Positions 10,631 through 20,923 of a stretch of 64,000 nucleotides of DNA are shown here, piece after piece. The stretch covers positions 256,001-320,000 of the forward strand of contig CAWDTA010000004.1 in the NCBI GenBank assembly GCA_963805085.1, written 5' to 3'. The position numbers and the translations under genes are program-made. Origin of the DNA: an uncultured Veillonellaceae bacterium (GTDB taxonomy: Bacteria > Bacillota > Negativicutes > JARBTT01). How positions within the stretch are numbered: position 1 is the first letter of the stretch; each line of letters opens with the position of its first letter. The notes below the pieces were generated by a model. It was given only the letters and a program-made list of their open reading frames with translations. It had not been told where the DNA came from and made no database searches.

Positions 10631-12305
10631 AAACCTCACCCTTTTTCACCAGATCACGCAAGATAATTTTTACTTGGCCTTCTTGCATCACTGAATTTAC
10701 AAATTTCAGCCAATGTTCATCATCTTTTTCTGGATAGTCGGCATTTTCTTGAAACGAATGCCACCTAGTTTCTTTTCTTGCTTCCAGGTGGTAAATTAGC
10801 ACTTTGCATACTTCTAGGCGATCAATTACTTCATAAATTTTTAACAACTCCATCATACTATCGGCTTTTAACGCTAAACTAAGTTTACGCAACTCATCAA
10901 TATGGATTTTTGCCTGCTGTAATTTTGCCGTGTTAAACATGTATCCTGAAGAAATTCCCCCAGCATAATCATCCATTATTTTTTGCATAGCCTCTTCGAT
11001 ATCTTCACTATAATAGATACTTGGTTTATCTCTCAAAAAGGATTCCACAGATTCTACTGCCAATTGGATTTGCTCAGCATCGACTTCACTAGCTACAAAC
11101 GGTTGGTTTAGATACTCCATCGCTGCCTGCCCAGCGATTTTTCCTTCAACAAAGCAACCAGTTACATACTTTTGCGGACTACCACCCGCTACATCACCAG
11201 CAGCATACAAACCTTGAATGGTAGTCGCTCTATTGGTATCCACCCAATACCCACTTCCAGTATGCCCGCCTACGATATAGGGCTCCGTTCCTTCGATTTC
11301 AACGTTTTCGTTAGCAGGGCCCACTCCATTCTCTAGCCAACGCAGCGCTTGGGCTGGCGCCATATTTAAATAGGCTTTATAGAGATCATCTTCCTGCTTT
11401 TCTGTAATGCCAGCGGTATTTAAATAACAGGGTCCAGCACCGCGCTGGTTTTCCTGCACCGTCGAATATAACCTAATCGAGGTTTTAGGCTTACCATATT
11501 TTCTCTCGTACAGTTCACCACAGCTATTGATTTGCTCTGCACCGATTCCCTGCGCAATCGTTCCCGTAGGCGCAATCGTATCTTTACACCGCAAAGCAAT
11601 GAACCGCATTTCAAAGGTTGTCATTTCTGCCCCAGCACGGATGCCCATTGCATACCCAGCACCAGTGTTAAACGGACTATACCACATTTTATGGCGTGAA
11701 AAGCCTGGATTATTGGGTCGATATAGACCAGAAGCTCCGCCGGTAGCACAGATCACAGCTTTTGCTAAGATGACATAAAAAATCGGCTGATCTAAAGAAA
11801 AACCGTAAGCGCCAACGACTCGCCCATCGCTCACAATATAATCGGTAATATTCACACGATTCAAAACGGTAACATGATCAGCCTTCTCTACAGCACTTGC
11901 CAATAATGGTTTGATATTTTCGCCATTGATTTTAATGTTGCGATTGCCGCGCGTTACATACTCACCCTGACTGTCTTTTTGAATCACCAGACCTAAATCT
12001 TCCATCGTCTTTGTCACCTGATTTAGCTCCGCTGCCATGCTAGCTACCAAGTCTTCTCTGATAATAGCTTCAGCATCACTCCTGACATAATCGACATAAT
12101 CTTCAGGTGTCTGACCTTGAACAATATAAGCATTTAATGCATTCACGCCCGCCGCTAAACAACCGCTTCGTTTGATATTGGCCTTTTCAACAATGAGCAC
12201 CTTCGTCGCTTTCTGCTCCGCCACCGTAAGAGCGGCAAAACATCCGGCTGTACCGCCACCGATAATTAAAATATCTGTTTCTAATTTCACCGTTTCTAAA
12301 TTCAT
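10614..12305 (-). CDS. aprA: Adenylylsulfate reductase alpha subunit (FAD)
   Basis: GGGTAG, EKANIKRSGCLAAG, IKINGE, ETRW; in an operon with cysDN. Confidence 0.9.
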   Translation of the reverse strand: MNLETVKLETDILIIGGGTAGCFAALTVAEQKATKVLIVEKANIKRSGCLAAGVNALNAYIVQGQTPEDYVDYVRSDAEAIIREDLVASMAAELNQVTKTMEDLGLVIQKDSQGEYVTRGNRNIKINGENIKPLLASAVEKADHVTVLNRVNITDYIVSDGRVVGAYGFSLDQPIFYVILAKAVICATGGASGLYRPNNPGFSRHKMWYSPFNTGAGYAMGIRAGAEMTTFEMRFIALRCKDTIAPTGTIAQGIGAEQINSCGELYERKYGKPKTSIRLYSTVQENQRGAGPCYLNTAGITEKQEDDLYKAYLNMAPAQALRWLENGVGPANENVEIEGTEPYIVGGHTGSGYWVDTNRATTIQGLYAAGDVAGGSPQKYVTGCFVEGKIAGQAAMEYLNQPFVASEVDAEQIQLAVESVESFLRDKPSIYYSEDIEEAMQKIMDDYAGGISSGYMFNTAKLQQAKIHIDELRKLSLALKADSMMELLKIYEVIDRLEVCKVLIYHLEARKETRWHSFQENADYPEKDDEHWLKFVNSVMQEGQVKIILRDLVKKGEVYEHNN

Positions 12306-12339
12306 CTATCTAATTCCTTTCTTCCAGCATTGAACTACC

Positions 12340-13113
12340 TCACGCGCGATCTAGTCCCCAACGTTGTCGAATATTTTGTTCTATTTGCCCAAAAATTAAC
12401 TTATCTACCACCACGCCCAATACGATAATCACAATCATCACTGCCATAACCTGACTGATATCGGCTAAATCGCGACCGACCATTAAGACTTGCCCGAGGC
12501 CTTTTGTCGCCGACATCATTTCACCAGCCATAAGAGCCCGCCAAGCAAAAGACCAGCCTTGTTTTAAACCCGATACAATCGCAGGCAAACTCGCTGGAAG
12601 AATTACATTCCAATAAATTTTAAAACCACTAGCGCCCATCGTCCTTGCCGCTCTAATATAAAGTGGATTGATATTTTTTATTCCAGCTTCGAGGGCAATG
12701 GCTACAGCAAACGTCGAGCCAATGGCAATTACAAACATAATGGCACTTTCATTTAGTCCATACCACAAAATCGCAAAAGGGAGCCAGCAAATACTAGGTA
12801 ATGTTTGCAAGCCTAAAATCAAAGGACTGGCATTTTCATCCAACCACTTAAATTTGACGATAATAAGTCCAATGATCAAGCCCAATATCACCGATACGAA
12901 ATATCCCAAAATGATTCGCTTTGCACTTGACAATATGGCAATAACAAGCGTTTGATCAGCAAATAAACTATATAAAGTTTTAAAGACATCAATGGGGGAA
13001 GGAAAAACATACGCCTTCCAAAGCCTTAAATAATCTACGCCAAGTTCATACGCCACTTCCCAAATTATCATTAATACTAGGTAAAACAGGATTTTTTTGA
13101 ATATTCCAGTCAT
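12340..13113 (-). CDS. ABC transporter permease, SsuC/TauC family
   Basis: LQTLPSICWLP; EAA-like loop RAARTMGA; start uncertain (13113 vs 13143). Confidence 0.88.
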   Translation of the reverse strand: MTGIFKKILFYLVLMIIWEVAYELGVDYLRLWKAYVFPSPIDVFKTLYSLFADQTLVIAILSSAKRIILGYFVSVILGLIIGLIIVKFKWLDENASPLILGLQTLPSICWLPFAILWYGLNESAIMFVIAIGSTFAVAIALEAGIKNINPLYIRAARTMGASGFKIYWNVILPASLPAIVSGLKQGWSFAWRALMAGEMMSATKGLGQVLMVGRDLADISQVMAVMIVIIVLGVVVDKLIFGQIEQNIRQRWGLDRA

Positions 13114-13885
13114 TATCGTATTCAGCTTTTGCAACCTTCTCAACCTCCGTCTTCAATTCTTGCATAATATTATTCATTAAATAAGCCAAATCAACATTAC
13201 CTGGTTGACGTGGTCTTGCGACTTGAATCTGAAATTCTTTTTTGATTCCACCAGGATTCGCTGACATAACCACAACACGATCTGCTAATATGGTTGCTTC
13301 TTCTACATTATGGGTAACAAATAAAATCGTTTTTTTCGTTTCTAGCCAAATCTGCTGCAATTCAATTTGTAGTAGCATCTTGGTCTGACTATCTAGTGCG
13401 GCAAATGGTTCATCCATAAGAAGCACTTCTGAATCAAAGGTTAGCGCTCGCGCGAGTGCTACGCGCTGGCGCATCCCTCCTGATAATTCATGAATAAAGG
13501 CATGTTGGAACTTCGTTAAATGCACCATTTTTAAGTATTTCAACGCGCGCTCACGCCGCTGTGCTGGCGCTACCCCCGCCATTTTCATACCAAATTCTAC
13601 ATTGTCGATCACATTGAGCCAAGGAAACAATGCTGCTTCTTGAAACATCACGACTCTGTCCGGTCCAGGCCCCGTTACTTGCTTGCCATTCAGAGTCACC
13701 CTACCGGACGTCGCTTCTTCAAGCCCAGCGATGATATTAAGCAACGTAGATTTACCACAACCAGACGGGCCTAGGATACAAATAAATTCGCCCGGCTTAA
13801 ATTCAATATTTACCTTTGATAATGTTTCGGTATCACTGTGCTTGGTGATAAACCGCTTACTAACATCTTCAACTTTAATACTCAT
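13046..13885 (-). CDS. ABC transporter ATPase, SsuB/TauB family
   Basis: GPSGCGKST, LSGGMRQR, LMDEPFAALD. Confidence 0.92.
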   Translation of the reverse strand: MSIKVEDVSKRFITKHSDTETLSKVNIEFKPGEFICILGPSGCGKSTLLNIIAGLEEATSGRVTLNGKQVTGPGPDRVVMFQEAALFPWLNVIDNVEFGMKMAGVAPAQRRERALKYLKMVHLTKFQHAFIHELSGGMRQRVALARALTFDSEVLLMDEPFAALDSQTKMLLQIELQQIWLETKKTILFVTHNVEEATILADRVVVMSANPGGIKKEFQIQVARPRQPGNVDLAYLMNNIMQELKTEVEKVAKAEYDNDWNIQKNPVLPSINDNLGSGV

Positions 13886-13898
13886 CTTCAACTCCACC

Positions 13899-14933
13899 TT
13901 ACTCTATTTCTGGCAAGCCCTTATCTTTTAACACTTTATTTAAGATTTTTAGATTAAACAAAGTTTTTGTATCAGGTTTTTCTTTTAAGAAACCTGCTTT
14001 TTGTGATAAATCGACAAAATCAAGCACTGCTTCTTTTTCTGGGTCATTTGTTACGGTTACGCGAGCAAAAGCTGATGTCAATACATCTTCTGCCAATGGC
14101 TTCCCCGTAAGCTCCTTAATTTGTGCATTGATAATGCTACTAGCCTCGTTTTGATTTTTTTGGATATACGCAGTTAACTCCACATGTTTCTTTAAAAATT
14201 TCTCTACTAAATCTGGATGTTCTTCAATGAATTTTGTTCTAGCAACGACTACTGCGGTACTATATTTGCCTTCGCGCCAAACTTTATCATAATCTAATAC
14301 CACTTTTGCATTAACTTCTTTTATCAATCTTGCTCCCCAAGGTTCTGGTACCAAAGCTGCATCTATTTCACCTTTATCTAAGAGTGTCTTAATATCTGGG
14401 TTATTCGCTTGCACAATCTCTACTGTACCGCCCTTAGTCGTATCCTTTAACCCTTGCGCTGATAAAAGATAACGCAAGGATAAATCTTGTGTATTACCAA
14501 ATTGCGGTATGGCAATTTTCTTCCCACTTAATTCTGCTAAATTGTTGATTGTCACATCTTTTCGCGAAACTAAGATTGCCCCAGCATCGGTAGCGCCAGC
14601 AATAATCTGAATATCACCCTTTGATTTTGCATAACCACTAATCGCTGGTCCTGGTCCAATATATCCAATATCAACTTCACCAGCAAACAATGCTTCAATT
14701 TCGGATGGCCCCGCATTAAAAGCTTCCCATTCTACAGGATTACTTTCGCCTAGTGCTTGTTGGAATTCTCCTTTTGCTTTGCCGACCAAAGCTTGCGAAT
14801 GCGTAATATTCGGGAAAAATCCAATACGGACTTTGGTATTATCACTACTGGCTTTTTCAGTGCCACAACCGGCTAACACCGCTCCTAACGTAGTAAAGAT
14901 AAATAATATCACTGCCATTTTTTTTATATTCAT
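13899..14933 (-). CDS. ABC substrate-binding lipoprotein, SsuA-like (probably sulfate or sulfonate)
   Basis: LAGC lipobox; FPNITHSQAL, NAGP, GNTQD, PEPWG motifs. Confidence 0.88.
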   Translation of the reverse strand: MNIKKMAVILFIFTTLGAVLAGCGTEKASSDNTKVRIGFFPNITHSQALVGKAKGEFQQALGESNPVEWEAFNAGPSEIEALFAGEVDIGYIGPGPAISGYAKSKGDIQIIAGATDAGAILVSRKDVTINNLAELSGKKIAIPQFGNTQDLSLRYLLSAQGLKDTTKGGTVEIVQANNPDIKTLLDKGEIDAALVPEPWGARLIKEVNAKVVLDYDKVWREGKYSTAVVVARTKFIEEHPDLVEKFLKKHVELTAYIQKNQNEASSIINAQIKELTGKPLAEDVLTSAFARVTVTNDPEKEAVLDFVDLSQKAGFLKEKPDTKTLFNLKILNKVLKDKGLPEIE

Positions 14934-14983
14934 GTAAGCCATCTCCTTTATCATTTCCCTCATTTCAGCCTTTTCGGCAATAG

Positions 14984-15060
14984 AAAAAGACCAAGAAGCA
15001 CTCTTCTTTAGAAATTTTCTAAGAAAAGTACTTCTTGGCCTTCGGTTTTCCGATCAGCCT
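14984..15060 (-). promoter_or_regulatory. Leader attenuator: small hairpin plus long intrinsic terminator upstream of the sulfate operon
   Basis: Minus strand AGGCTGA-TCGG(AAAA)CCGA-AGGCCAAGAAGTACTTTTCTT...AAGAAGAGTGCTTCTTGGTC-TTTTT. Confidence 0.75.
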
Positions 15061-15076
15061 TATATGATTTTGTTAT

Positions 15077-15105
15077 ATGATACCACCAAAAAAAGGTAGT
15101 GTCAA
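15077..15105 (-). promoter_or_regulatory. SigA promoter of the sulfate operon
   Basis: TTGACA-N17-TATCAT with TG extension. Confidence 0.8.
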
Positions 15106-15122
15106 TACAAACCTCTCACGGT

Positions 15123-17144
15123 TTAAATTTTAAACTTTTTCACTTCTTGTTGTAATTGCTCTGCCATTTTCGCTAAGTTTTGGCTTGAAAAGGCAATTTC
15201 CTGCATAGATGCTGATTGCTCTTCAGTCGCTGCCGATACATTTTGCGCTTCATCGGCACCTTTTATGCTTAAGTCATCCATTTTCTTCACAATTGTTACG
15301 ATATGCTGACTGTTATCCGCCATATGTTGAATAGCACTCGAAATATCTTTTACCTGTGCTGATACTTCCATGACAAATTGCATGATTTGTTTAAAGGAAT
15401 CGCCGGTAGCGCCTACAACTTCAGCACCAATTTTTACTTGTTCGCTGCCCGCATGCATGGTTACAACTGCAGTATTGGTATCCTTTTGAATTTCAGAAAT
15501 CAAATCTGAAATTTGCTTCGCAGCTCCTTGCGATTGCTCTGCCAATTTACGTACTTCCTCGGCGACAACAGCGAAACCTCTACCAGTTTCCCCAGCCCTA
15601 GCCGCTTCGATTGCGGCATTCAGTGCCAAAAGATTCGTTTGTCCTGCTATTCCCGAAATCGTATCAACAATTTGGCCGATCTCTTTTGACCGTTCTCCCA
15701 GTACCGTTACGACTTCCACGGAAGCGTTCGTCGTTTCTTCTATTTTATTCATTTGCGTGATCGCCTGTGCCACTGAATCACTACCAGTTTTCGCCGTATT
15801 AGCAGCATCCACACTCTTATTAGCAGCCAAGCTAGCATTTGCTGCAACCTCTTCAATACCTGCCGACAGCTGTTCTACCACATTTGTCGTATCTTTTACC
15901 GCCGCTAACTGCTCAGCCATTCCGCCAGCCACTGTAGTAATCGAATTTGCAACCTGACTAGAAGCCTGCGCAGATTGCTCAGAAGTTGCAGTCAATTCTT
16001 CCGAAGAAGCTGCCAGTGTTTCTGACGATTCCGTAACCTTTTGCATCAACTTTCGGATATTATCTCTCATTTGACGCAGTGCATCCGCCAACCGACCAAA
16101 TTCATCATTGGTGTTTATTTGCGCTGCTTTATCTCTAAAGTCACCTTGTGCCATCTCATCAACGGTTGCTACCATAATGCCAAGCGGCTTAACCAGACGA
16201 CTAGCTGCCCAAATGATAATAACGGATAATAGGCAAATAACCACAAATGAAATAGCCGTAAGAATCCATAAAATTTGTTTTGCTGGTGCTAGCAATTCAT
16301 CTTCATCAATCACTGCAACAATGCTCCAACCAGCAGTTTTTATAGGATCATAAAAAGCAATTTTATTACTGCCTTGATCCTTAAAACGATAAATTCCTTT
16401 TTGTCCTTCTAACATCAATTTACCAAGTGCCTGTATTTGAGGATTTTCCGCTTCTGTAATTTTTTTCTTCATTACATAGTCGTTATCAGGATGCACCACG
16501 AATGTACCATCTTGCGCAACTAACATCCCATACCCTTTTTCCCCAACATTTAATTCTTTTACTTTTGCCTCTACAGCCTGTACATAAACCGCTGCCAAAA
16601 CCATACCAATATTTTCATTGTTATCATCTTGAATTAAAGAGATACAATTGACAATTGTTTTCCCCGTTGCTTGTGAAATAACTGGCGAAGACATAAACGA
16701 TTTTTTCTTTCCGGTCATCGTTTCGGCATACCAAGCCTTTGTTTTTACTTCCATCATCTTAGGGCCAGTAACCGCCATTCCCGATAATACACCCGAATTA
16801 TCAAAATAACCCCAGCTTACACTATCATATGTATTTGGTACTTTCTCAGACATAAATTTCAAACGATATTCATTCGCCTTATTCGCGGTTGCAGGATCAT
16901 TTTTTATATTTTTTGCAGTTGGATTGATCGCTACCATTTGTGTTTCTAGTAACCGCGCATCCAACCACCCATCTATATTTTCTGAAACTTCGGTAACATT
17001 TTTATCCGTTTGATTTACCAATTCTTTATCTAATACAGACTGGAAAAAATAATACGAAACCAAAGATAATGTCACCAATCCCAAAATAGTAATCGGTAAA
17101 ATAAATATTAACATCTTGCCCTTGAATGATAAGTTTTTTAACAT
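15123..17144 (-). CDS. Methyl-accepting chemotaxis protein (dCache-HAMP-MA)
   Basis: Two TMs, [41 protein letters not shown]; RBS AGGAGG before 17144. Confidence 0.95.
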   Translation of the reverse strand: MLKNLSFKGKMLIFILPITILGLVTLSLVSYYFFQSVLDKELVNQTDKNVTEVSENIDGWLDARLLETQMVAINPTAKNIKNDPATANKANEYRLKFMSEKVPNTYDSVSWGYFDNSGVLSGMAVTGPKMMEVKTKAWYAETMTGKKKSFMSSPVISQATGKTIVNCISLIQDDNNENIGMVLAAVYVQAVEAKVKELNVGEKGYGMLVAQDGTFVVHPDNDYVMKKKITEAENPQIQALGKLMLEGQKGIYRFKDQGSNKIAFYDPIKTAGWSIVAVIDEDELLAPAKQILWILTAISFVVICLLSVIIIWAASRLVKPLGIMVATVDEMAQGDFRDKAAQINTNDEFGRLADALRQMRDNIRKLMQKVTESSETLAASSEELTATSEQSAQASSQVANSITTVAGGMAEQLAAVKDTTNVVEQLSAGIEEVAANASLAANKSVDAANTAKTGSDSVAQAITQMNKIEETTNASVEVVTVLGERSKEIGQIVDTISGIAGQTNLLALNAAIEAARAGETGRGFAVVAEEVRKLAEQSQGAAKQISDLISEIQKDTNTAVVTMHAGSEQVKIGAEVVGATGDSFKQIMQFVMEVSAQVKDISSAIQHMADNSQHIVTIVKKMDDLSIKGADEAQNVSAATEEQSASMQEIAFSSQNLAKMAEQLQQEVKKFKI

Positions 17145-17368
17145 CGCTATCCTCCTACCTTCTGAAACTGCAACTACAAAAACACAAAAATTTCTTTTGT
17201 TTGACAAGAACATGCACGTTTCATTTTATTACCATTATAGCATGATTCATCAAAAATAAGAATAATTGAAAATCATTCTTAATACAAAATTAATAATCAT
17301 AAAAAATACCTATTTACTTTTTATCGTAAATAGGTATTTTGATTTGCTATTATAATTGTTTTGAGTGA

Positions 17369-18265
17369 TTACTTTGTATTTTTTGTTTTGCCATCATCAA
17401 CCGCTACGAAATAATCTTCATTTAAGCCGAAATCTTTTAAGATTTTTAATAAAGTTCCATCTGCTTTCATCTCATTTAACGTCTTGTTTACTTCGCCTAA
17501 GAATTCTTTATCCTCAAAACGTAAACCAGCGCCAATTTTCCCTGCGGCTTCAGCTTCATATGGAGTTAAAACTCTTAAGCTTAAACTAGAATCTTGTTTT
17601 AAGGTATAAGATGCTACGATACCATCGGTAACACATGCATCAATCTTCCCTGTATTCACTGCCATCATAAGTTCGGACTGGCTGTTAAATATTTTTAAAT
17701 CTTTTGCCTTTCCTTCATTCAACCATTTTTGTGCTACTTCAAGGAAAGCGGTACCCTTTTGTCCACCAAGGACTTTATCTTTTAAGTCCTCTTTGGTTTG
17801 AATCGTAGAATCTTTTTTCACAACAACAGCTTCGCCTTCTTTGTACCAAACATCAGTAAATAAAGCTTTATCAAGGCGTTCTTGTTTGATATACATTGCA
17901 TCAGTTACCATATCAATACTATTTTTGTTTAATTCAATTAGAAGATTTTCAAAAGGTATTTGTTTCATTTCTACTTTATTAATGCCCAAGCGTTTACAAA
18001 CTTCATTAATAATCGCCGCATCTACACCGGAAAATTTATTACTCGAAGCATCCATATAAGCAAATGGAGCATCATTCGAGGAACCTACTACCAAAACACC
18101 TTTTTCTCTTAAAGCATTTAATTTTGCACTAGCATTTGGATCTTTTTTTGTTGTTTCGCTACTAGTTTTCGCTGGTTGATCAGTAGAACCACAACCTGTT
18201 AAGATCATTGAAAATACAAACATAACAATTGCTAAAAATGTAAACTTTTTAAATACGCTTTTCAT
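17369..18265 (-). CDS. Polar amino acid ABC substrate-binding lipoprotein
   Basis: LTGC lipobox; SBP family 3 features (DAPFAY, GVD, GGQKGT). Confidence 0.9.
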   Translation of the reverse strand: MKSVFKKFTFLAIVMFVFSMILTGCGSTDQPAKTSSETTKKDPNASAKLNALREKGVLVVGSSNDAPFAYMDASSNKFSGVDAAIINEVCKRLGINKVEMKQIPFENLLIELNKNSIDMVTDAMYIKQERLDKALFTDVWYKEGEAVVVKKDSTIQTKEDLKDKVLGGQKGTAFLEVAQKWLNEGKAKDLKIFNSQSELMMAVNTGKIDACVTDGIVASYTLKQDSSLSLRVLTPYEAEAAGKIGAGLRFEDKEFLGEVNKTLNEMKADGTLLKILKDFGLNEDYFVAVDDGKTKNTK

Positions 18266-18396
18266 AATGAACATCCCCTCTTTTTATTAAAATAACTTTA
18301 TAAAAACGATGGAAGCTTCTAAATAAATCTCCATTAAACTTTTGTTATCAGACATCCTTTCCTATATTCCATATATAGAATCTTAAATAATAAGAT

Positions 18397-19101
18397 TTAT
18401 TTATTATTTAATTTATATTCAATAAATTTGACAAGATGGGATAGCGGTATACTAATCACTAGATATGCTATCGCTAAATACGTATAGGACTCAATTGTCA
18501 AAAAAGTCTGTGATGCAAAATTTTGGGTACGGAGTAACAATTCGCTTACTGCAACATAGGCAAGCAATGAAGTATCTTTGACCATCATGACCAAATAATT
18601 ACCAAGTGATGGTACAATACTGCGCAACGCCTGCGGAATAACAATCCGAAATAACGCCTGATATTTACCAAACCCCAGAACCAACGCTGCCTCTGTCTGC
18701 CCTTTATCAACAGAAAGTATAGAAGCGCGAATTACCTCTGACATATAACAACCATAATTGATACCTAACCCGAAAATACCAGCGGTCAAAGACGCTATTT
18801 GCACGTCAGTTTTCACTCCAAACATACTGGCAATTAGATTAAATAACAACGGAACTACATAATAAATATATACTAGCTGCACCAATAATGGTGTGCCACG
18901 AATCAATTCTAAAAAAACGTAGAGAAAACCTCTGATGATTTTGATATTAGAAAGCCTGCCTATCGCAATAACCATCCCTAGAATCGTTGCCAACAGAAAG
19001 CCAAAGATCGTTGCTTGAATAACGACACTAAATCCCTGAATAAGAGAAGGAACTAAAAATTCCGCTGCTTTGGCAAACTGTAGTTGACTGAAAGCATTCA
19101 T
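18397..19101 (-). CDS. Polar amino acid ABC permease
   Basis: RGTPLLVQL, SEVIRASILSVDKGQTEAA. Confidence 0.92.
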   Translation of the reverse strand: MNAFSQLQFAKAAEFLVPSLIQGFSVVIQATIFGFLLATILGMVIAIGRLSNIKIIRGFLYVFLELIRGTPLLVQLVYIYYVVPLLFNLIASMFGVKTDVQIASLTAGIFGLGINYGCYMSEVIRASILSVDKGQTEAALVLGFGKYQALFRIVIPQALRSIVPSLGNYLVMMVKDTSLLAYVAVSELLLRTQNFASQTFLTIESYTYLAIAYLVISIPLSHLVKFIEYKLNNK

Positions 19102-19115
19102 TGTATACCCCTCCC

Positions 19116-19835
19116 TTATAAAACTCTTGCAAGAAATTCTTTAGTTCTTTGATTTCTGGGCTGATTAAATATCTCTCCCGGCGTGCCTTCTTCTACAACA
19201 TACCCTTTATCCATAAAAACAACGCGATCGGCAACATCTCTTGCAAAGCCCATTTCATGCGTTACTACAACCATTGTCATCCCGTCAGCGGCCAATTGCT
19301 TCATAACCTCTAAGACATCGCCAACCAACTCCGGATCAAGTGCTGAAGTCGGCTCATCAAACAGTAGCATTTTCGGCTGCATTGCTAAAGCCCGTGCAAT
19401 GGCAACACGTTGCTGCTGCCCACCTGAAAGAGTTGAAGGATAAACATTTGCTTTGTCGGCTAAGCCAACCTTTCTTAGCAAATCCATTGCTAATTCCTCA
19501 GCATCTTCTTTTTTCATCTTTTTGATATTGATTGGTGCATACGTTATATTTTTTAGCACGGTAAACATTGGAAACAAGTTGAACTTTTGAAATACCATGC
19601 CAACTTCTTGCCTAAGCTTTTTACTATCTAGATCAGCATCCAGAATAGTTCCGTTATAATACATTTTCCCACTGGTCGGAACTTCAAGAAGATTTAAACA
19701 ACGAAGAAATGTACTTTTCCCTGAACCGGATGGACCAATAATACAAACAACCTCTCCGTCCTCGATATACATACTGATGCTTTTTAGCACTTCCAAATCG
19801 CCGAACTTTTTCTCCAACTCAAATATGTTAAACAT
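19116..19835 (-). CDS. Polar amino acid ABC ATPase (GlnQ-like)
   Basis: [28 protein letters not shown]. Confidence 0.94.
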   Translation of the reverse strand: MFNIFELEKKFGDLEVLKSISMYIEDGEVVCIIGPSGSGKSTFLRCLNLLEVPTSGKMYYNGTILDADLDSKKLRQEVGMVFQKFNLFPMFTVLKNITYAPINIKKMKKEDAEELAMDLLRKVGLADKANVYPSTLSGGQQQRVAIARALAMQPKMLLFDEPTSALDPELVGDVLEVMKQLAADGMTMVVVTHEMGFARDVADRVVFMDKGYVVEEGTPGEIFNQPRNQRTKEFLARVL

Positions 19836-19909
19836 TGTTTACGCCTCCTGTCTTCCGTTTAAAATTGGTATTTATAGAAGTATGGAACAAAAAGCAAAGA
19901 ACCTTAACC

Positions 19910-20069
19910 AGCATCTTTGCTTTCATCATAAAAAAGATGCTAAACGACATAAGATATTTCTATCCTATCCATTTAGCATCTTTGCTCAGCCTATTTTTTT
20001 AACAGTTTATCTGCTTTCTTTGCTTATTGGTTATAGCTTTATGATAACAGAGTCCACGCACACTGTCTA
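19910..20069 (-). promoter_or_regulatory. Promoter plus terminator-containing leader with ANTAR-like hairpins
   Basis: TAGACA-N17-TATCAT (20069-20041); AGC-AAAGAT-GCT at 19986-19975 overlaps the 5' arm of terminator AAAGATGCTAAA...TTTAGCATCTTTTTT; identical copy at 19921-19910. Confidence 0.6.
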
Positions 20070-20167
20070 TAGGTATATTTAACAGTAAGGAGCCCAGACC
20101 TTTGTGCAAATTGTATAATCAAAATCTGATATTTCAACTATTTCCTACTAACTATGAAGAAATCTAA

Positions 20168-20923
20168 CTATTTATATTGCCAATGGCAAATTTTCTTCTC
20201 CAAAATATCGATGATACCAAACAAGATCATTCCAATCATACTGAGTACAACGATTCCCGAATACATCTCTAAGTAATTGACCCGTAGCCATGCATCCATA
20301 ATGAAATACCCCATGCCATATTGGGTACCAAAAGTTTCCGTGAAAAATAGCACGGAAATCGAAGTAGCCATCGCTACGCGAATAGAACTAAGAAACTTCG
20401 GCATCGAAGCCGCTAACAGGATCTCACAAAAAACATCCCAAAAGCTAGCCCCCAATGAATATAAAGGATAATAAGTTTCCTTTGGTATACTTTTCACGCC
20501 ATCCCGTACTGACACAATCACTTGAAATACAATAATCAAGAAAATCATCAACACTTTTGCCAGTTCACCGAGTCCACAAAGTAGCATAAGTATCGGCAAT
20601 AAAGCAATTTTAGGAATTGGATAGGTTAAGTATACGAGTGGCGCTAAGATCCGGTCACATTTCGGAAAATACCCCATACACATGCCAATCGGTACCCCAA
20701 CGATAATCGCAAATGTAAGTCCAGCAACCATCCGCCCTAAACTATAGAAGCCATGAATTGCGATATATTTCATGAAAATATCAACTAAATTTTCAAGCAC
20801 AAGGAATGGCGAAGGAACAATTGGTAAATGAATGATTCTTGCCATGACATACCACCCTGCAAAAAAAAGAAAAAGTCCTAAAATATACCACAGGAAAGTT
20901 CGTTTTTCTAACAATTTGACCAA
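20168..20923 (-). CDS. ABC permease, NitT/TauT family
   Basis: YPIPKIALLP; six TMs. Confidence 0.88.
   Translation of the reverse strand: MVKLLEKRTFLWYILGLFLFFAGWYVMARIIHLPIVPSPFLVLENLVDIFMKYIAIHGFYSLGRMVAGLTFAIIVGVPIGMCMGYFPKCDRILAPLVYLTYPIPKIALLPILMLLCGLGELAKVLMIFLIIVFQVIVSVRDGVKSIPKETYYPLYSLGASFWDVFCEILLAASMPKFLSSIRVAMATSISVLFFTETFGTQYGMGYFIMDAWLRVNYLEMYSGIVVLSMIGMILFGIIDILEKKICHWQYK

Noticed and set aside
10316-12305. Dissimilatory sulfate reduction
   Set aside because: No sat, qmo or dsr genes; linkage to cysDN and an ABC importer indicates assimilation.
14964-15070. SAM-I riboswitch or T-box upstream of the sulfate operon
   Set aside because: Leader too short and lacks the S-box core and the T-box UGGNACC motif.
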